This document shows, one piece after another, positions 61,250 to 64,000 of a DNA stretch of 64,000 nucleotides. Origin of the DNA: Raillietiella orientalis (taxonomy: Eukaryota); the NCBI GenBank assembly GCA_036172245.1, contig JAYWIR010000064.1, positions 186,001 through 250,000 on the forward strand, given 5' to 3'. The notes beneath the pieces are model-generated. The model saw only the letters and a list, made by a program, of their open reading frames with translations. It searched no databases and had not been told where the DNA came from. The stretch's first letter is position 1. Each line of letters begins with the position of its first letter. The translations under genes and the position numbers were made by a program.

Positions 61250-62230
61250 GTAGGAGAGGAGGGATCTGACGTCACAATGGGCGAAGGGAAAGGCGAGGAA
61301 ACGAAAATGGGCCAATAATGGGAACGGGGAGAGATCAGTTTCTGGTCCTCATCCATCCTCCTTGATCCAGGTCTTTGTGCGATACGGACAGTGACCCCGC
61401 AAAGGCTGGAGTCGGGTGAGATTACCTTCCTTCCTTGTGCACAGTGAGAAGAGCGGTCTGCAGGAGGAGGAAGGCAGCCTTGCATTCCGCTAACGAGGAC
61501 GCAGCCCCGTCTCGAAGAGAAGGCCTCTTCGTACGGGTGCAAGCCGTCCATTGCCTCTTCCTTTGGAGGAAGAGGCCAGCGCACCTCCGTTCTCTTTCCC
61601 CTGTGCATACTGTGGGAGAGCACAGAGCTTCGCAGACACGACGCGGTGGGAGAGACTGCTAGGATACTGGCGCGACATCCCTACAGGTCCTCTCAGCTGC
61701 GAGTCAGCCAGCTAGGGAGCCGCATCCATCCGGCCAGGGAACTCATTCCTCCAGCGGCGGTGAAAGTTGCTCGGCAACGGTTGGTCCTTACTCGGAGGGG
61801 AGTTGCCGAATTTACCGTCAAGAGCGCGACACGGGTGCGCAGGTTCACTTCTTCGATTCCTACGTAAAGTCTCCAAAAGGGAACGATCTTCCTGAGATGA
61901 CGGCATGCGGGAAGGGTTCAGACACTCCCTTGCGCATCTCTTGATAGCTTTAATCTTTGGCCGCCTTGCACTGGGAAGGCCCGCGGGGAGACAAGGAGCT
62001 CCGGAGGAGCCTTCCATCACGGAGAGCCTGCTCGTGAACAGGAACTCCAGTCTGCGGCGGCTCACCATCGTGCACACCCGGCTGAGTGGAGAGAAGAGGA
62101 TGCAGGCTCTCCCAGCGCAACCAGGGTTGTCCAATTCGATTTCCGCTGACTGAATGAACGGCATCAGAGAGGTGGGGATGGAGGACTTGCAAACAATCCT
62201 CTGGGACGGTCGTCTCTGGGAACTTCCTGC
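61250..62230 (-). mobile_element. Ty3/gypsy RT remnant
   Basis: RLEF..VMEGSSGAP (cf. YEF.VMPFGL.NAP), LLETLRRNR, AECKAAFLLLQTALLT (cf. ECQ.AF..LK.AL.T). Confidence 0.6.
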
Positions 62231-62438
62231 CTTAAGTCAGTCCCAAAGCTCAAATCCAGAGAACATACCTCTCCGGAGTCCTACTCTCTTCCTTTTCCTG
62301 TTCCTTCTCTTCTCCCACCCCTCTTCCTCTTCCTCCCTTTCTGCTTCTCCACTTCCTCCTCCTTTCCTCCTCTCTTTCTCTTCCTCTTTTTCCATCACCT
62401 CCACCGGTCTTCCTTCTCCACCATTGCTCTTCTTCTTT

Positions 62439-62564
62439 CTTCTCTTTTCTTACTCCTCTTCTACCAACTCTTCCTCTGATTCTTTCCTCACTTCTCGTCT
62501 TCCTGCTACCCTTCTCCCACCCAACCCCTTTCTGCTCGCTTTTTGGAACACACGTAGCTGGAGA
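62439..62564. repeat. Dispersed repeat R, copy 2 (preceded by a CT-rich tract from ~62280)
   Basis: Direct-orientation match to 59950-60076. Confidence 0.9.
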
Positions 62565-62569
62565 TTAAT

Positions 62570-64000
62570 TTTAGGGAGCAGAAACGAGACACGTAGTGAG
62601 AGAAAGGCCACGTGCATCCCTGAAGCTCCCTTCACTGGTCACTGGAGGTCGGAGCGAAAGAGTGGGAAGGAAAGAGGAAAAATCTTCCGAAGCATTCCTG
62701 GCTTGACTAGGAGAGTGCGATCCAGAAGAGGGAAGGAGGAGAGCCGCAGGACTGGCTTGCTTTCCACCCTCGCCTCCACCCACGCCTTAATTGCCGAAGG
62801 CAACAAAGAAAGCAGAGGGTGGGGGGAAAGCTGTGGTCGCCACGACGACTGACAGCCTTCTCTTTGCATTTGGCGCCTCTCAGCTTTTTCCCACCATCCT
62901 TCTCTCTCTCTAGGAGGAGGATCAAAGGGCAATAGAGGCCCACCCCGGTCTTCCTTCCTCCCCCTGCTCCCTGTTCCCGTTCAAGGAGCCGGAAGCAAGG
63001 TAGAGAGACTCCAGTGGGAGACGATGTGTCCAGGATCTGAGGTCTCTCCTCACCAGAAAGGGAAGGAGGCATAAAATTTCCCCTAGAGCCCTCCGGCGTG
63101 AGCGCGGCCTTGCCTCCGACCAGGTGGTGCGGCGCCTGCTGGCGGCAGCGCTGCGCAGGTGCGCACGAGCTCGTGGCGGGGGAGAAAAGCGGGGGAGAAG
63201 GAAGGAAACAGCTCCTGCGCGCGCGTGCGCCCCTCTCTCTTACGCGCGTGCTTTTCTCCCGGCAGAAGTCCCGCCGCTTCGCTCCCGAGACGGCCGCGAG
63301 CACGCTCGAGGAAGAGGACGAGCCGCCTCCGCGCGCACGGTCGCTCCCAGATGGACATGCAGGGAGCCCGGCGGGAGCAGCCCGCCGGGAACACCGTAAG
63401 TGCCGCTCTCCTTTCTTCCTTCCTCCCTGCGCCCGAGGGACAGGGGCAACTCTTTCCCGCTCACGTGCTACCCTCTTCCTCGCCGGTTCCCTGGACTCCG
63501 TCGGACGGTGACGCTCCCCGCGGGAAGGCACAGAGGTCCCAAGTCGGCTCCTCCCCTGCTTCACACGTCCCCGCAGCAACCAGACGAGGGTCCTCCGAGG
63601 CGGAGCGACTTTGCAGAGTCTGCGGCAGGACTTTCAGAGTCCCTGTAGCGACTCTGGAAGCCGTGCGGGGGGCGTCTCGCAACGATCGAACCCATCTCGA
63701 CGAGCGAAGGTATCTCTCGCGGGGTTGCCAACGCGAAAATCCAGTTCGGACGCGAGAAGAAATTCTCCCCACACCTCTCGGAGACGCTCGCTCGCTTAGA
63801 TTCCCCGCCCCCTCTTTCTCTGCTCCTGAGAGAGCGCAGTAACTCAAGGAGCAGTGCGGAGACGATTGCCCCCAGCAAAGCAACGCGGGAAGCGCTCCAG
63901 CGGGCGGTGGCGCGCCTGGATGTGCTCGTCCACCACAGAGGGAAGGACAGAGTAAGGGTGCGACCCCTTCGTTCCCCTTGTCGTAGGTTCAGGAGCTGCC
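62570..64000 (+). mobile_element. Ty3/gypsy RT thumb-RNase H-integrase remnant (runs off window)
   Basis: IFRSIPGLTRRVR (cf. R.FLGL..YYR), AHELVA, QPAGNTVSAAL (cf. PG..N.VADAL), YLSRGCQRENP..ILPTP (cf. YV..C..CQR.K..L.PLP). Confidence 0.55.

Overview
Eukaryotic nuclear DNA that reads almost end to end as a nested graveyard of very decayed transposable elements. I find no intact protein-coding gene, rRNA, bona fide tRNA or CRISPR array, and the long ORFs in the track look chimeric or spurious. Frame-broken motif ghosts, recognised by eye, indicate many Ty3/gypsy pol fragments (some probably chromoviral), several Ty1/copia fragments, six L1/Tx1-type LINE fragments (all on the minus strand), two hAT transposase remnants and one pogo/Tigger transposase remnant. 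There is also a well-defined 335-bp Tigger-like MITE. The most interesting object is an unusually long (~730-760 nt) tRNA-headed, SINE-like family with three full-length copies (24971-25730 +, 28852-29577 -, ~54385-55142 +) and two head-only copies. It has tandem B-boxes, a body of ~40-nt repeats forming hairpins often capped by cUUCGg loops, a conserved 3' stem-loop, an A-rich tail and candidate TSDs. Boundaries of the protein-coding TE remnants are approximate (+/-100-300 bp), and no database search was run.
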